Positions 37,244 to 46,664 are shown, counted from the stretch's first letter. The stretch: 64,000 bases of DNA from an uncultured bacterium (GCA_937943575.1 CALEAV010000008.1:76062-140061); one strand, 5' to 3'. Notes: a model not told the origin generated them from the letters alone. Numbers and translations are program-made.

Positions 37244-38445
37244 AGATTGGTGACCAGCCTGAGGGGCTGGGGCTTGGCGGCTGCCGGCCGGCTTGCCGGC
37301 TGCCAGGTGATGCGGGGCAGGATGTACTCCGGCCGGATCCTCTCCTGGTGGCGCAGGACCACCTGCAGCATCTCCACCAGCACCTCCCGGGTCAGGTAAT
37401 GGGGCTGGAGGCCCAAGGCGAGGAGGCCGGTGTGGGCCGGATTGTAGTAATGCTCCTCGGCCTCCTGGCGGGGGTTGGGCAGCCGGCGGATGGCCACCTC
37501 CAGGCCCAGCTCCCGGGCCGCCTCCTGCACCCGGCGGGCCAGCTCCAGCACGGTGAAGGTCTCCACAAACTGGTTGAAGACCCGGTACTGCCCCGGAGCG
37601 GCGGGGTGCTCCAGGGCCAGGGTGACGCAGGCCAGGGTGTCCCGGAGGTGGAGATAGCCCCGGGTTTGGCCGCCCCGCCCGTAGACGGTCAGGGGAAAGC
37701 CCGCCACCGCCTGCACCAGGAAGCGGTTCAGCACCGTGCCGAAGATGTCATCGTAGTTGAAGATGGTGGCCAGGCGCTCATCATCCCCCTCGCATCCGGC
37801 GCTCAGCCCATAGACCGGACCCTGGTTGAGGTCCGTGACCCTCAGGTTCCAGATGCGGGCGTAAAAATACAGCATGTCCCCGTCCTGGGACTTGGTGAGG
37901 TGGTAGAGGGACCCCGGCGTCTTGGGATAGAGGAAGGTGTGCCGGCGGCCCTTGTATTCCACCTCCAGATAGCCCTCTTCGATGTCGATGTTGGGGGTGC
38001 CGTACACGCCCATGGTCCCCAGCTTGACGAGGTGACAGTCCGGCTGAAATTCCGCCACCGCATGGATGAGGTTCAGGGTGGACACCAGGTTGTTGGTCAG
38101 GGTGAAGAGGGCGCTCTCCCGGTCCCGCATGGAGTAGGGGGCCGAGGGCTGCTCGGCGTAGTGCACCACCCCCTCGGGGGAGAAGTCCTGAAAGACCCGG
38201 GAGAGGAAGGGATAATCGCAGACATCCCCCACCGCCACCCGGATGGTCAGGCCGGAGTGCGCCCGCCAGAGCTCGGCCCGCTGATGCAGATTGGGCACCG
38301 GGACCAGGGGCTCGCAGTTGAGGGCGGTGCAGATGCGCCGCCTAAAGTAGTTGTCCACCACCATGACCTCGTGGCCGTGGGCGGAAAGATGCATGGCCGT
38401 GGGCCACCCCAGATAGCCGTCGCCTCCCAGAATCAAAATCCGCAT
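37240..38445 (-). CDS. sqdB: UDP-sulfoquinovose synthase (SQD1/SqdB family SDR)
   Basis: Long blocks are shared with SQD1 as I recall it: ILGGDGYLGWPTAMHLS, HYAEQPSAPYSM, CHLVKLGTMGVYGTPNIDIEEGY, LTVYGRGGQTRGYL, NPRQEAEEHYYN. Confidence 0.85.
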   Translation of the reverse strand: MRILILGGDGYLGWPTAMHLSAHGHEVMVVDNYFRRRICTALNCEPLVPVPNLHQRAELWRAHSGLTIRVAVGDVCDYPFLSRVFQDFSPEGVVHYAEQPSAPYSMRDRESALFTLTNNLVSTLNLIHAVAEFQPDCHLVKLGTMGVYGTPNIDIEEGYLEVEYKGRRHTFLYPKTPGSLYHLTKSQDGDMLYFYARIWNLRVTDLNQGPVYGLSAGCEGDDERLATIFNYDDIFGTVLNRFLVQAVAGFPLTVYGRGGQTRGYLHLRDTLACVTLALEHPAAPGQYRVFNQFVETFTVLELARRVQEAARELGLEVAIRRLPNPRQEAEEHYYNPAHTGLLALGLQPHYLTREVLVEMLQVVLRHQERIRPEYILPRITWQPASRPAAAKPQPLRLVTNL

Positions 38446-38448
38446 GCC

Positions 38449-39573
38449 TCACCCCCACATCCCGACCTGCCTGACCGGCAGCAGATGAATCGACTTCGGC
38501 CATCTCGGAACCTGCTGCAGGGAGGGATCGCCAGTCACCTCCCCGAGGACCCCGTTTTCCTGGAGAAACCTCTTGATCTGCTCCACCGTCAGGGGTTTTT
38601 CCCGGGAGGAGACATAAGCCCGGGGCACCGCTCGGGGGAAGATCTCCCCCGGATAGGAGTAGTCGATCTTCTGGTAGAAGCTGCGCATGGCCGGCAGGAT
38701 GACAAACATCCTGTCCAGCTCCACCGCCCGGCCGGTCTCCTCCTGGCTCATGAGCTCCTCGTAAAGCTTTTCCCCGGAGCGGGCGCCGATGAAGCGGATC
38801 TCCACCTCATCGGGGTTATAGCCATAGACCGGGGCGAGAAGCTCGATCATGGCCTGGGCCAGGTCCAGGATGCGCATCACCGGCATCTTGGTGACCAGGA
38901 CCTCACCCCCGCAGGCCAGCACTGCCGCCTCCAGGATCAGGCGGGCCGCCTCCGACAGGGTCATGAAGAAGCGGGTCATGTGGATATCGGTCACCGTCAC
39001 CGGCCGACCCCGGCGGATCTGCTCCGCAAAGATGGGCACCACCGACCCCCGGGAGCCGATGACATTGCCGAAGCGGACGCTGGAGAAGACCTGGCGGCCG
39101 TTGGGGTTAACGATGTTGGCGGCGGTCATCAGGCGCTCCCCCATGAGCTTGGAGGTGCCCATGACGTTGGTGGGGTTCACCGCCTTGTCGGAACTGGTGA
39201 AGATCACCCGGGGCACTTTGTGGGCCAATGCCGCCTGGATGACGTTTTTCACCCCCAGGATGTTGGTCTGCACCACATCGAAGGGGTTGTATTCCGACAG
39301 GGTGACATGCTTGTAGGCCGCCACATGGAAGATGAGGTCCACGCCCTGGCAGAGATTCTCCAGTTTGCCGGCGTCCCGCACATCCCCCAGGTAGGCGGTG
39401 AGGCGGCCGCTGGAGGCATGGGTCTCCCGCAGATGGAAGAGCTCTGTCTCGTTGTTGTCCACCGCCCGGATCTCCGCCGGCTCCAGGGCCAAAAGCTGCC
39501 GCACCAGCTCCTGCCCCACCGAGCCGGCCGCCCCGGTAATGAGGATGGTCTTGTGGGCAAAATGCTCTTTCAT
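38449..39573 (-). CDS. Polysaccharide biosynthesis nucleotide-sugar 4,6-dehydratase/epimerase (CapD/PseB-like)
   Basis: Start moved to the ATG at 39573. KTILITGAAGSVGQELVRQLL..FHVAAYKHV..NILGVKNV..FTSSDKAVNPTNVMGTSK. Confidence 0.8.
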   Translation of the reverse strand: MKEHFAHKTILITGAAGSVGQELVRQLLALEPAEIRAVDNNETELFHLRETHASSGRLTAYLGDVRDAGKLENLCQGVDLIFHVAAYKHVTLSEYNPFDVVQTNILGVKNVIQAALAHKVPRVIFTSSDKAVNPTNVMGTSKLMGERLMTAANIVNPNGRQVFSSVRFGNVIGSRGSVVPIFAEQIRRGRPVTVTDIHMTRFFMTLSEAARLILEAAVLACGGEVLVTKMPVMRILDLAQAMIELLAPVYGYNPDEVEIRFIGARSGEKLYEELMSQEETGRAVELDRMFVILPAMRSFYQKIDYSYPGEIFPRAVPRAYVSSREKPLTVEQIKRFLQENGVLGEVTGDPSLQQVPRWPKSIHLLPVRQVGMWG

Positions 39574-39640
39574 GATTTCACCTGATAAATGGTGGAATTG
39601 CCTCTCAAGGCCCGTTACCCGCCACCCTGGAGACTTTGGT

Positions 39641-41956
39641 TCATTGGCCGGCCGAAGCCCGGGTCTCGGCCGGGGGCTCATCGTAATACTGGTCGTAATA
39701 GCCGTGGCCGTAGTGGCCGTTGCGGCCGATGCCGTTGTAGTGCACCTGGTTAAGCACCAGGCCCAGGAGAGGGGCCCGCGCCTGGGCGAAGAGCTGCCGG
39801 GCCAGGCGCCCGGAATCCCGGGTGGTGCCCTGGTGTTTGATCACCAACAGGACCCCGTCCGCCAGCGCGGCGAGGATCCGGGCGTCACTGAACCCCAAAA
39901 CCGGCGGGGTGTCCAGGAGGAGGTGGTGGTAGCCCTCCTGCAACTGGGCCAGGAGATGGCGGAAGCGCGGGGAATGCAGCAGTTCCGCCGGATTGGGAGG
40001 CACCGGGCCCGCCGGCACGAACCAGAGGTTTTCCACCGGGGTGGGAAGGATGATCTCCTCCGGGGCGGCGCTGCCGGTGAGGTAATCGGTGAGGCCCGGC
40101 CGGGAGGGCAGCTTGAGGGCCAGGTGCAGCCGGGGCCTCCTCAGGTCGCAGTCCAGGAGGATGGTGCGCCGCTGCCCCTGGGCCAGGGAAGCCGCCAGAT
40201 TCAGGGAGATGGTGGACTTGCCCTCCCTGGGGTTGGGACTGGTGACGACCAGGGTGCGAGGGGGCTGCCCGGAGGCCGACAGCATCAGGGAGGTGCGCAG
40301 ATGCCGAATCGCCTCGCTGATGGGAGAGCGGGGCTGCTGCACCACGATGAGGTCGGCCCGGCCCTCCGGCTCCGGCGCCACGCCCCGGAAAGGGTTCCGC
40401 CAGACGGGAATATGGGCCAGGAGGCGGTCCTTGAGGTCCGGACCCGGCAGGGCTTTCTCCGGGGCGGCTTTAGGAACCACCCCCAGGGTGGGCGTCTGGC
40501 AGATGCGCTCGGCTTCCTCTGAGGTCTTGAGGGTGTCGTCCAGATACTCCGCCAGGAAGGCGGCGCCGATGCCGCCCCCCAGGCCGATGACCCCGGCCAG
40601 GGCCAGGAAGAGGAGGGTCTTGGGGAAATACGGCTCCGCCGGCAGGTCCGCCGGATCAATGACCGCCACGTTGCTGGCCACCATGGTGCTGGCCACGGTG
40701 GTCTCCCCCATGCGGGCCAGGAGGGCCTGGTAGAGTTTCTCGGTGGTCTGGGTGTCCCGCTTCAGCATCTGGAAGTCAACCAGGCTGTCCTGCAGGTGGG
40801 CCAGCTGCTGCTTGTGGGTCTCGAAGGCCTCGCTGAGGAGCTTTTCCGCCCGGCTGGCGGCTTCGTAATCGGCCCGGGCGCTCTCCTGCAGGCGTTTCAC
40901 CTCCGCCGCCAGGCGGCTGCTCAGTTCATTGAGCTTGGCGGTCTCGGCCTGCATCTCCGGGTGGCCGGGGAGATAGATGCGGGCCAGGCTGGCCACCTTG
41001 GCGTTCTGGGCCACATACTCCTGCCGCAGGGTGGCGATGAGGGGGTGGTTGGTGATGGGGGAGGCGTCGGGGCCCTTCTCCTTGAGCTGGCGGTAGACGG
41101 CCTCCTTGGCCAGGCGCTCGGACTGGGCCTTGGTGAGCAGGCCCCCCAGCTCCACGTATTTCTGGAACAGGACCGTGTCCTTGCCCCCCAGATCCTCCAT
41201 GACGAAGATGTCCGCCTTGCGGCTGTAGTCGAAGAGCTTGCGGGTGGAGGCCTGCAGGCGCTGGCCCATCTGCTCCAGCTGCTTCTCCAGCCACTCCCGG
41301 ACCATCACAAAGGACTGGCTGCGGGTGTCGATGGCCAGCTGCATGTATTCCCTGGGGATGGTGTTGGCCACCTTCTGGGCCAGGGACTGGTCGCTGGACA
41401 GAAAGGAGACCTCCACCAGGAAGGAGTCCTTCACCGGCCTGACCTCCAGCTTCTTCAGAAACAGGTCGATGAGGTCGTTTTTGCGCTTTTCCGGAGAGAG
41501 CCCCTCCTGCCTGCTCACCCCGTGGAAGTCCGGGTGGTCGGCCAGATTCAGGGACTCGATGAGGCGCCAGGCCAGGGCCCGGCTGGCCAGGATCTTGTTT
41601 TGGGTCTCCTGGAACCTGCTCAGCTCCGAGCCGCTCTGGAGGCTGGTCAGGGGATCGGTGTCTCCCAACCGGGCCCCGGGATTGTCCTGGGTGATCTGGA
41701 TGACGGTGCTGGCCCGGTAGACCGGGGTGACCACCAGGCAGAAGAGCCCGGTGAGGAGAAGCACCCCGGCCAGGGTGCCCAGAAGCCACCGTCTCCGGGA
41801 CCACAGGATGCCCAGATAGTCCCGGAAGGTGAGGGATTCTCCGGGAAGGAAGTCGGCATAGTATTCCGCCTCCCGGGCCGGCGGGGTGCCGGGGCCTGGG
41901 ATCACCATGGGGGAGCGGTTATCCTGTAACATCTCTCTTTCCTCTGTAAGCCGCAT
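39641..41956 (-). CDS. wzc: Polysaccharide co-polymerase / tyrosine autokinase (Wzc/GumC-like)
   Basis: 771 aa. N-terminal Wzz-type chain-length domain with long coiled coils. C-terminal P-loop VVTSPNPREGKSTISLNLA. Tyr-rich tail GHYGHGYYDQYYDE. Confidence 0.85.
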   Translation of the reverse strand: MRLTEEREMLQDNRSPMVIPGPGTPPAREAEYYADFLPGESLTFRDYLGILWSRRRWLLGTLAGVLLLTGLFCLVVTPVYRASTVIQITQDNPGARLGDTDPLTSLQSGSELSRFQETQNKILASRALAWRLIESLNLADHPDFHGVSRQEGLSPEKRKNDLIDLFLKKLEVRPVKDSFLVEVSFLSSDQSLAQKVANTIPREYMQLAIDTRSQSFVMVREWLEKQLEQMGQRLQASTRKLFDYSRKADIFVMEDLGGKDTVLFQKYVELGGLLTKAQSERLAKEAVYRQLKEKGPDASPITNHPLIATLRQEYVAQNAKVASLARIYLPGHPEMQAETAKLNELSSRLAAEVKRLQESARADYEAASRAEKLLSEAFETHKQQLAHLQDSLVDFQMLKRDTQTTEKLYQALLARMGETTVASTMVASNVAVIDPADLPAEPYFPKTLLFLALAGVIGLGGGIGAAFLAEYLDDTLKTSEEAERICQTPTLGVVPKAAPEKALPGPDLKDRLLAHIPVWRNPFRGVAPEPEGRADLIVVQQPRSPISEAIRHLRTSLMLSASGQPPRTLVVTSPNPREGKSTISLNLAASLAQGQRRTILLDCDLRRPRLHLALKLPSRPGLTDYLTGSAAPEEIILPTPVENLWFVPAGPVPPNPAELLHSPRFRHLLAQLQEGYHHLLLDTPPVLGFSDARILAALADGVLLVIKHQGTTRDSGRLARQLFAQARAPLLGLVLNQVHYNGIGRNGHYGHGYYDQYYDEPPAETRASAGQ

Positions 41957-41976
41957 GGGGTGCGGAAACGGGGGAC

Positions 41977-43029
41977 TCAGTTGGCGAACCGGTAGGCGCC
42001 GCTGTAGGTCCCGGGCAATAGCTCCTTGAAGATGAACAGACCCTTGCGCAGGGCGCTCTCCCCCACCACCACCACGTCATTGTCCTTGAGGGGGATGTCC
42101 TCCTCCTGGCGGTTGAGAATGCGCTTCAGGTCCGCAGCCAGCTGAATGGCGTTTCCCTTATCGTCCCGGCGGGTGACACTCACCTTGGAGGTGGCCAGAA
42201 GCGGATCCGGGCCGCCGGCCAGGGCCACCGCCTGGCTGACGGTGAGGTTGTCCTTCACCGTGACGCTGCCGGGGCGGCGGACGCCGCCCAGCACATAGGC
42301 GTTGCCGGCGAAGGGCACGTGGATGACGTCGCCGTGGCGGATGGGCACATTGAGGGCGGCCTCACCGGCCAGCAGGCGCTTCAGGTCCACCACGATGGTC
42401 TCGGCCCGGGGGGAGAAAGGCTGGGGTGTGCCCTCCCGGGGGTCATGGCGCCGGATGATGTGCACCACATCCCCGGCCTTGGCGGCCCCGGGCTTGTCCT
42501 GCAGCCCCCCGGCCAGGGCCAGCATCTCCAGCAGGGTGCGGGGCCCGATCATCTCATAGGAGCCGGGTTTGTCCACCGCGCCGGTGATGGCCACCCGCTG
42601 GTGACGGAACTCCTTGACGCTGACGGTGATCTGGGGGTGCCGCAGGTATTGGGAGCCGTAGGCCGCCGCCAGCCGCTTCTCGATGGCCTGGGGGGTGTGA
42701 CCGGCCACCTGCACGTCGCCCACCAGGGGCAGGCTGATCTTCCCGTCGCCGTTCACCCGGACGGTGCGGTTCAGGTTGTCCTGGCCGAAGACCACCACTT
42801 CCAGGAGGTCTTCGGGGCCCACCTCATAATCCCGGCGGCTCTGGAGGGAAGATGCCCCGGCCTGGGCCAGAAGCTGCTGCTGCAGCTGCTGCCGGGAGCG
42901 GCTGTCGCTTTCCACCTGGGCCACCAGGGCCTGGGGCGGCACCCCGGTGGCCGCCGTCCCGCAGCCCCAGACAACCCCGGCACCCAGGGCGGCGAGGAGG
43001 ACGCTCCGGAGATAAAATATGTTAACCAT
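41977..43029 (-). CDS. wza: Polysaccharide export outer-membrane lipoprotein (Wza-like)
   Basis: Lipobox ..GAGVVWGC. YEVGPEDLLEVVVFGQDNLNRTVRVNGDGKISLPLVGDVQVAG (Poly_export motif) plus SLBB-like repeats. Confidence 0.8.
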   Translation of the reverse strand: MVNIFYLRSVLLAALGAGVVWGCGTAATGVPPQALVAQVESDSRSRQQLQQQLLAQAGASSLQSRRDYEVGPEDLLEVVVFGQDNLNRTVRVNGDGKISLPLVGDVQVAGHTPQAIEKRLAAAYGSQYLRHPQITVSVKEFRHQRVAITGAVDKPGSYEMIGPRTLLEMLALAGGLQDKPGAAKAGDVVHIIRRHDPREGTPQPFSPRAETIVVDLKRLLAGEAALNVPIRHGDVIHVPFAGNAYVLGGVRRPGSVTVKDNLTVSQAVALAGGPDPLLATSKVSVTRRDDKGNAIQLAADLKRILNRQEEDIPLKDNDVVVVGESALRKGLFIFKELLPGTYSGAYRFAN

Positions 43030-43329
43030 GGCCGACAGTTACCCCCTGAGGGTGGAATGCGGGGAGGTGGTTCCCTGCCGGTGGCCACCCGGCCGGCCTC
43101 CCCTTTTGTCCCCCACATCGGAGGGGGGTGGCAGAAACTTTAAGAAAATTTAAAAAAAGCTAAAGGGAATTGGTAATTTCTTAACATTTAGGGCAGTTAG
43201 GCTATCTTAAGAAGGAAATCGCCAGCCGGCCTTCCCCAGGGGAAGGGAAAGGCTTGGATGCGGAAACCTCTTTTTTTCCCGGAGCGCCTGTGGTAAAGAG
43301 ACAGAGGAGTCAACCGGTTAGGGGAAGGA

Positions 43330-44064
43330 ATGAACTACTGCAGCCAATGTGAGCTGGTGCACGGCGAGGAACATCGGTTCTGTCAGCGCTGCGGTCAGCT
43401 TCTGCGCCGTCTCCCGCCCGGCCAGCTCCGGGACTGCCCCCGCTGCGGCGCCCCCACGGTGCCGGGGCAGAAATTCTGTCTGGAATGCGGCCTGCCCCTC
43501 AGACTGATGGCGGCGGGCCGGGAGGAGGCCGGTACGTCCCCGCCCCTGTATTATTCCCGTCCGGACAGCCGCTCCCGGGCCCGGCGCCGCGGTGCCGGGT
43601 TGTGGTGGGGGGTGGCGGTGGTGGTCCTTGTCCTGGTGGCGTATGGCGGCTATCGCCTCGTGAGCCGTATCCCCGCCGCGCCCCGTCCGCCGGTGGCCAC
43701 CGCCCCGCAGGAGGATCTCCGCCGGGAAGTGGAGCGGGTGGCGGAGCGCATCCGGGCCGCCCACCTGGCCAAGGACATCAACAAGTGGCTCACCTGTTAT
43801 GCGCCCACCTATCCGGATCTGGGCCGGCTGGAAAGCCAGATCCTGGAGCTGTGGCGGAACTACGACATCAAGGATGTCTCCTACCGCATCTCCGATCTGG
43901 AGCGCCAGGGCGAGCGGCAGGCCACCGGGGTCATCGTCTGGAACATCCAGCTCTATGATCAAAAGACCCACGACTACTCGTTGTTGAGGCCGGCCTATCG
44001 CATCACCCTGGAGCGCTACCCCGACGGCTGGAAGATCCTGGACAGCCGGGAGGAGGGGTCCTGA
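43330..44064 (+). CDS. Double zinc-ribbon membrane-anchored protein with NTF2-like C-terminal domain
   Basis: MNYCSQCELVHGEEHRFCQRCG..CPRCGAPTVPGQKFCLECG, then one TM helix (WWGVAVVVLVLVAYGGY), then a globular C-terminus. Confidence 0.55.
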   Translation: MNYCSQCELVHGEEHRFCQRCGQLLRRLPPGQLRDCPRCGAPTVPGQKFCLECGLPLRLMAAGREEAGTSPPLYYSRPDSRSRARRRGAGLWWGVAVVVLVLVAYGGYRLVSRIPAAPRPPVATAPQEDLRREVERVAERIRAAHLAKDINKWLTCYAPTYPDLGRLESQILELWRNYDIKDVSYRISDLERQGERQATGVIVWNIQLYDQKTHDYSLLRPAYRITLERYPDGWKILDSREEGS

Positions 44065-44065
44065 G

Positions 44066-44710
44066 ATGGGCCGGTCCGCCCTTGTGGTCGTCGTGCTGCT
44101 TCTGGGGATGCTGTGGGGCTGCCAGCCCTTCATCCGGGAACCGGTGCCCCCCCCGGCGCCTCCGACGGTGGCCCCCCCGCCCCCGCCGCCGGCCAGGCCG
44201 ACCCTGTATGTCAACGCCTCCCGCCTCAATCTCAGGGCCTGTGCCGGGATGGACTGTCCCAAGATCGGTGCCCTGGAACGCAACGACGAGGTGGAGCCCT
44301 TAAGCGAGGCCGAGGACTGGACCCAGGTGCGGGTGAAGCGGGACGGCAGCATCGGCTGGGTGGCCAGCCGCTACCTCTCCCCCTCGCCGGTGGGCCCCGA
44401 GGCGGCCCCGGCCCCGCTGCCGCCGCCCCCCAGGGTGGAGGGCTTCCAGCCGGCGACCCCGCCGGTGCCCGCCCCGCCGCCGCCGGTGCCCGAACGGCCG
44501 CCATTGCCGGAGAGGCCCAAGCCGGTGCGGCCGGCGGAGCCCCCGGCGGTGAAACCGGAGCCCAGGCCGGCGGAGGCGGCGGAGCCCGCCCGGCCCAAGC
44601 CCCCGGCGGAGGAGGGCCCGGCCCCGGTCCGCAAGCCGCCGCCCGAGGAACGGCCGGCCCCCCCGCCGGAGCCCCCGGCGGAGCAGCCCAAAAAGATCCG
44701 CATCATGTGA
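44066..44710 (+). CDS. SH3 (bacterial SH3_3) domain lipoprotein with Pro-rich tail
   Basis: Signal and lipobox LLLGMLWGC. LYVNASRLNLRACAGMDCPKIGALERNDEVEPLSEAEDWTQVRVKRDGSIGWVASRYL. The C-terminus is a P/A/E-rich repeat region. Confidence 0.6.
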   Translation: MGRSALVVVVLLLGMLWGCQPFIREPVPPPAPPTVAPPPPPPARPTLYVNASRLNLRACAGMDCPKIGALERNDEVEPLSEAEDWTQVRVKRDGSIGWVASRYLSPSPVGPEAAPAPLPPPPRVEGFQPATPPVPAPPPPVPERPPLPERPKPVRPAEPPAVKPEPRPAEAAEPARPKPPAEEGPAPVRKPPPEERPAPPPEPPAEQPKKIRIM

Positions 44711-44797
44711 CGCCGGTGCCGGCAGGGAAGGGCGGAGCAGGACTCCGGGAGGACCGGGGGGCGGCCCCCCGGGGGAGGTGCGGGCCTGGAGCCAGCC

Positions 44798-46120
44798 ATG
44801 CCTGAGACCCCTGCGCTCTTTGCACCGGAAGCCCCCCTGGCGGCCCGCCTGCGCCCCCGCACCCTGGCGTAGTTCGTCGGCCAGGAGCACCTGGTGGGGG
44901 AGGGCAGGATCCTGTGGCGGGTGATGCGGGCCCGCCGCCTCTTTTCCTCCATGATCTTCTGGGGCCCCCCGGGCTCGGGGAAGACCACCCTGGCCCGCCT
45001 GATCGCCCAGGAGCTGGACTGCGAGTTTGTCAGTCTCAGCGCCGTCATGAGCGGGGTGGCGGACTTAAGGCGCCTGGTGGAGCAGGCCAGGCGCCTGCGG
45101 AATCAGGGCCGCCGGGTGGTGGTGCTCATCGACGAGATCCACCGCTTCAACAAGGCCCAGCAGGATGCCCTCCTCCCCCATGTGGAGGATGGCCTCCTCA
45201 CCCTCATGGGGGCCACCACCGAAAATCCCTTCTTTGAGGTCATCGGGCCGCTGCTCAGCCGTTCCCGGGTCTTTGTCCTGGAGCCCCTGAGCCCGGAGCA
45301 CCTCCTGGTGATCCTGCGCCGGGCCCTCACCGACCGGGAACGGGGGCTGGGAGGTCTGCCGGTGGAGGTCACCGAGGAGGCCCTGCGCCTGGTGGCGGCG
45401 CGCTCCGGCGGCGATGCCCGGCGGGCCCTCAACACCCTGGAGCTGGCGGTCCTGAGCACGCCGCCGGACCCCGACGGCCGGGTGCGGGTGGGGCCGGAGG
45501 TCATCCGGGAGTGCCTGCCCCGCCGGGAGCTGGTCTATGACAAGGAAGGGGACGCCCACTACGACACGGTGAGCGCCTTCATCAAGAGCGTGAGGGGGTC
45601 GGATGTGGACGCCGCCCTCTATTGGCTGGCCCGGATGCTGAAAGGCGGGGAGGACCCCCGCTTCATCCTCCGGCGCCTCTTCATCCTGGCCTCCGAGGAC
45701 ATCGGCCTGGCGGACCCCCAGGCCCTGGTGCAGGTGGCCGCGGCCTCCCGGGCCCTGGAGTGGGTGGGCCTGCCGGAGGCGGAGTATCACCTGGCCCAGG
45801 CCACCATGTATCTGGCCCTGGCCCCCAAGAGCAACTCCACCCGGGCGTATTTCCAGGCCCAGGCCGCCCTGGAGGAGACCGGGGCCGTTCAGGTCCCCCT
45901 GCACCTCATGGACGCCTCCCGGGACGGCCGGGCCCTGGGCCATGGCCGGGACTACCTCTATCCCCACGACTTCCCGGGCCACTGGGTGGAGCAGGATTAT
46001 CTGCCCGAGGCCCTGAAGGGCCGGCGCTTCTATGAGCCGGGGGAGGAGGGGGCGGAACCCGGGCTGGCGGCCCGCTGGCGGGCCCGGCGGGGGGAGACGG
46101 AACCGGGGACGGAGAACTGA
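44798..46120 (+). CDS. rarA: Replication-associated recombination protein A (RarA/MgsA), interrupted by an in-frame TAG at 44870-44872
   Basis: [68 protein letters not shown].. The residues upstream of the stop align with the conserved RarA N-terminus. The longest uninterrupted ORF starts at GTG 44894. Confidence 0.85.
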
Positions 46121-46316
46121 ACGCACTCTTTTCCCCCAATAGGGGGGCCCCCGGCCCCGGTGCCGCTTTGAGGATGACGGCGCCGGCAGCGGGATGGCGG
46201 GCCGAATTTCGCCGGGGGGGTCCCTGGACAGCGGGGCCGCAAAGGGTTATATTATTAACGCGTCGCGGCCGAACATTCGGCCAGGGGGAGCGCCGCTTCG
46301 GAAGGGGGTGTTCCGA

Positions 46317-46664
46317 ATGGCGCGCATCCTGCTGCTGGACGGGGAGCCCAACATCCGCCGGCTCTGTCGGGAGGAGCTGCTGGAGGAGGGCTATGAGGTG
46401 GTGACGGCCGCCACCGGCTCGGAGGGGGTCAGTCTGGTGGAGGCCCTTCACCCGGACGTGGTCATTCTGGAGGCTCGGCTGCCGGACACCTCGGGTCTGG
46501 AAGTGAGCCGCATGGTCAAGGGGACCGACCGCCGCATCCGCCTGGTGTTCTTCACCCATTGCCTGCCGCCCCGGGATCTCCAGGCCGTGGGGGCGGATGC
46601 CTATGTCCACAAATCCTGGGATCTGGAACCCCTGAAAGAGACGGTGCGGCAGCTTTTGTCCTGA
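46317..46664 (+). CDS. Stand-alone response-regulator receiver domain (atypical: Glu at the phospho-acceptor position)
   Basis: MARILLLDGEPNIRR..PDVVILEARLPDTSGLEV..LVFFTH..AYVHKS. GAG (E52) at 46470-46472 sits where CheY has D57. Confidence 0.8.
   Translation: MARILLLDGEPNIRRLCREELLEEGYEVVTAATGSEGVSLVEALHPDVVILEARLPDTSGLEVSRMVKGTDRRIRLVFFTHCLPPRDLQAVGADAYVHKSWDLEPLKETVRQLLS

Noticed and set aside
43129-43144. TGGCAGAAACTTTAAG as a sigma-54 promoter.
   Set aside because: The -12 element (TTGC) is missing. Only the -24 half matches.
44870-44872. The TAG in rarA as a programmed pyrrolysine codon.
   Set aside because: No pyl genes are in the window, the aligned position is Gln/Glu in homologs, and there is no sign of a recoding element. 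A mutation, a sequencing error or use of a downstream start is more parsimonious.
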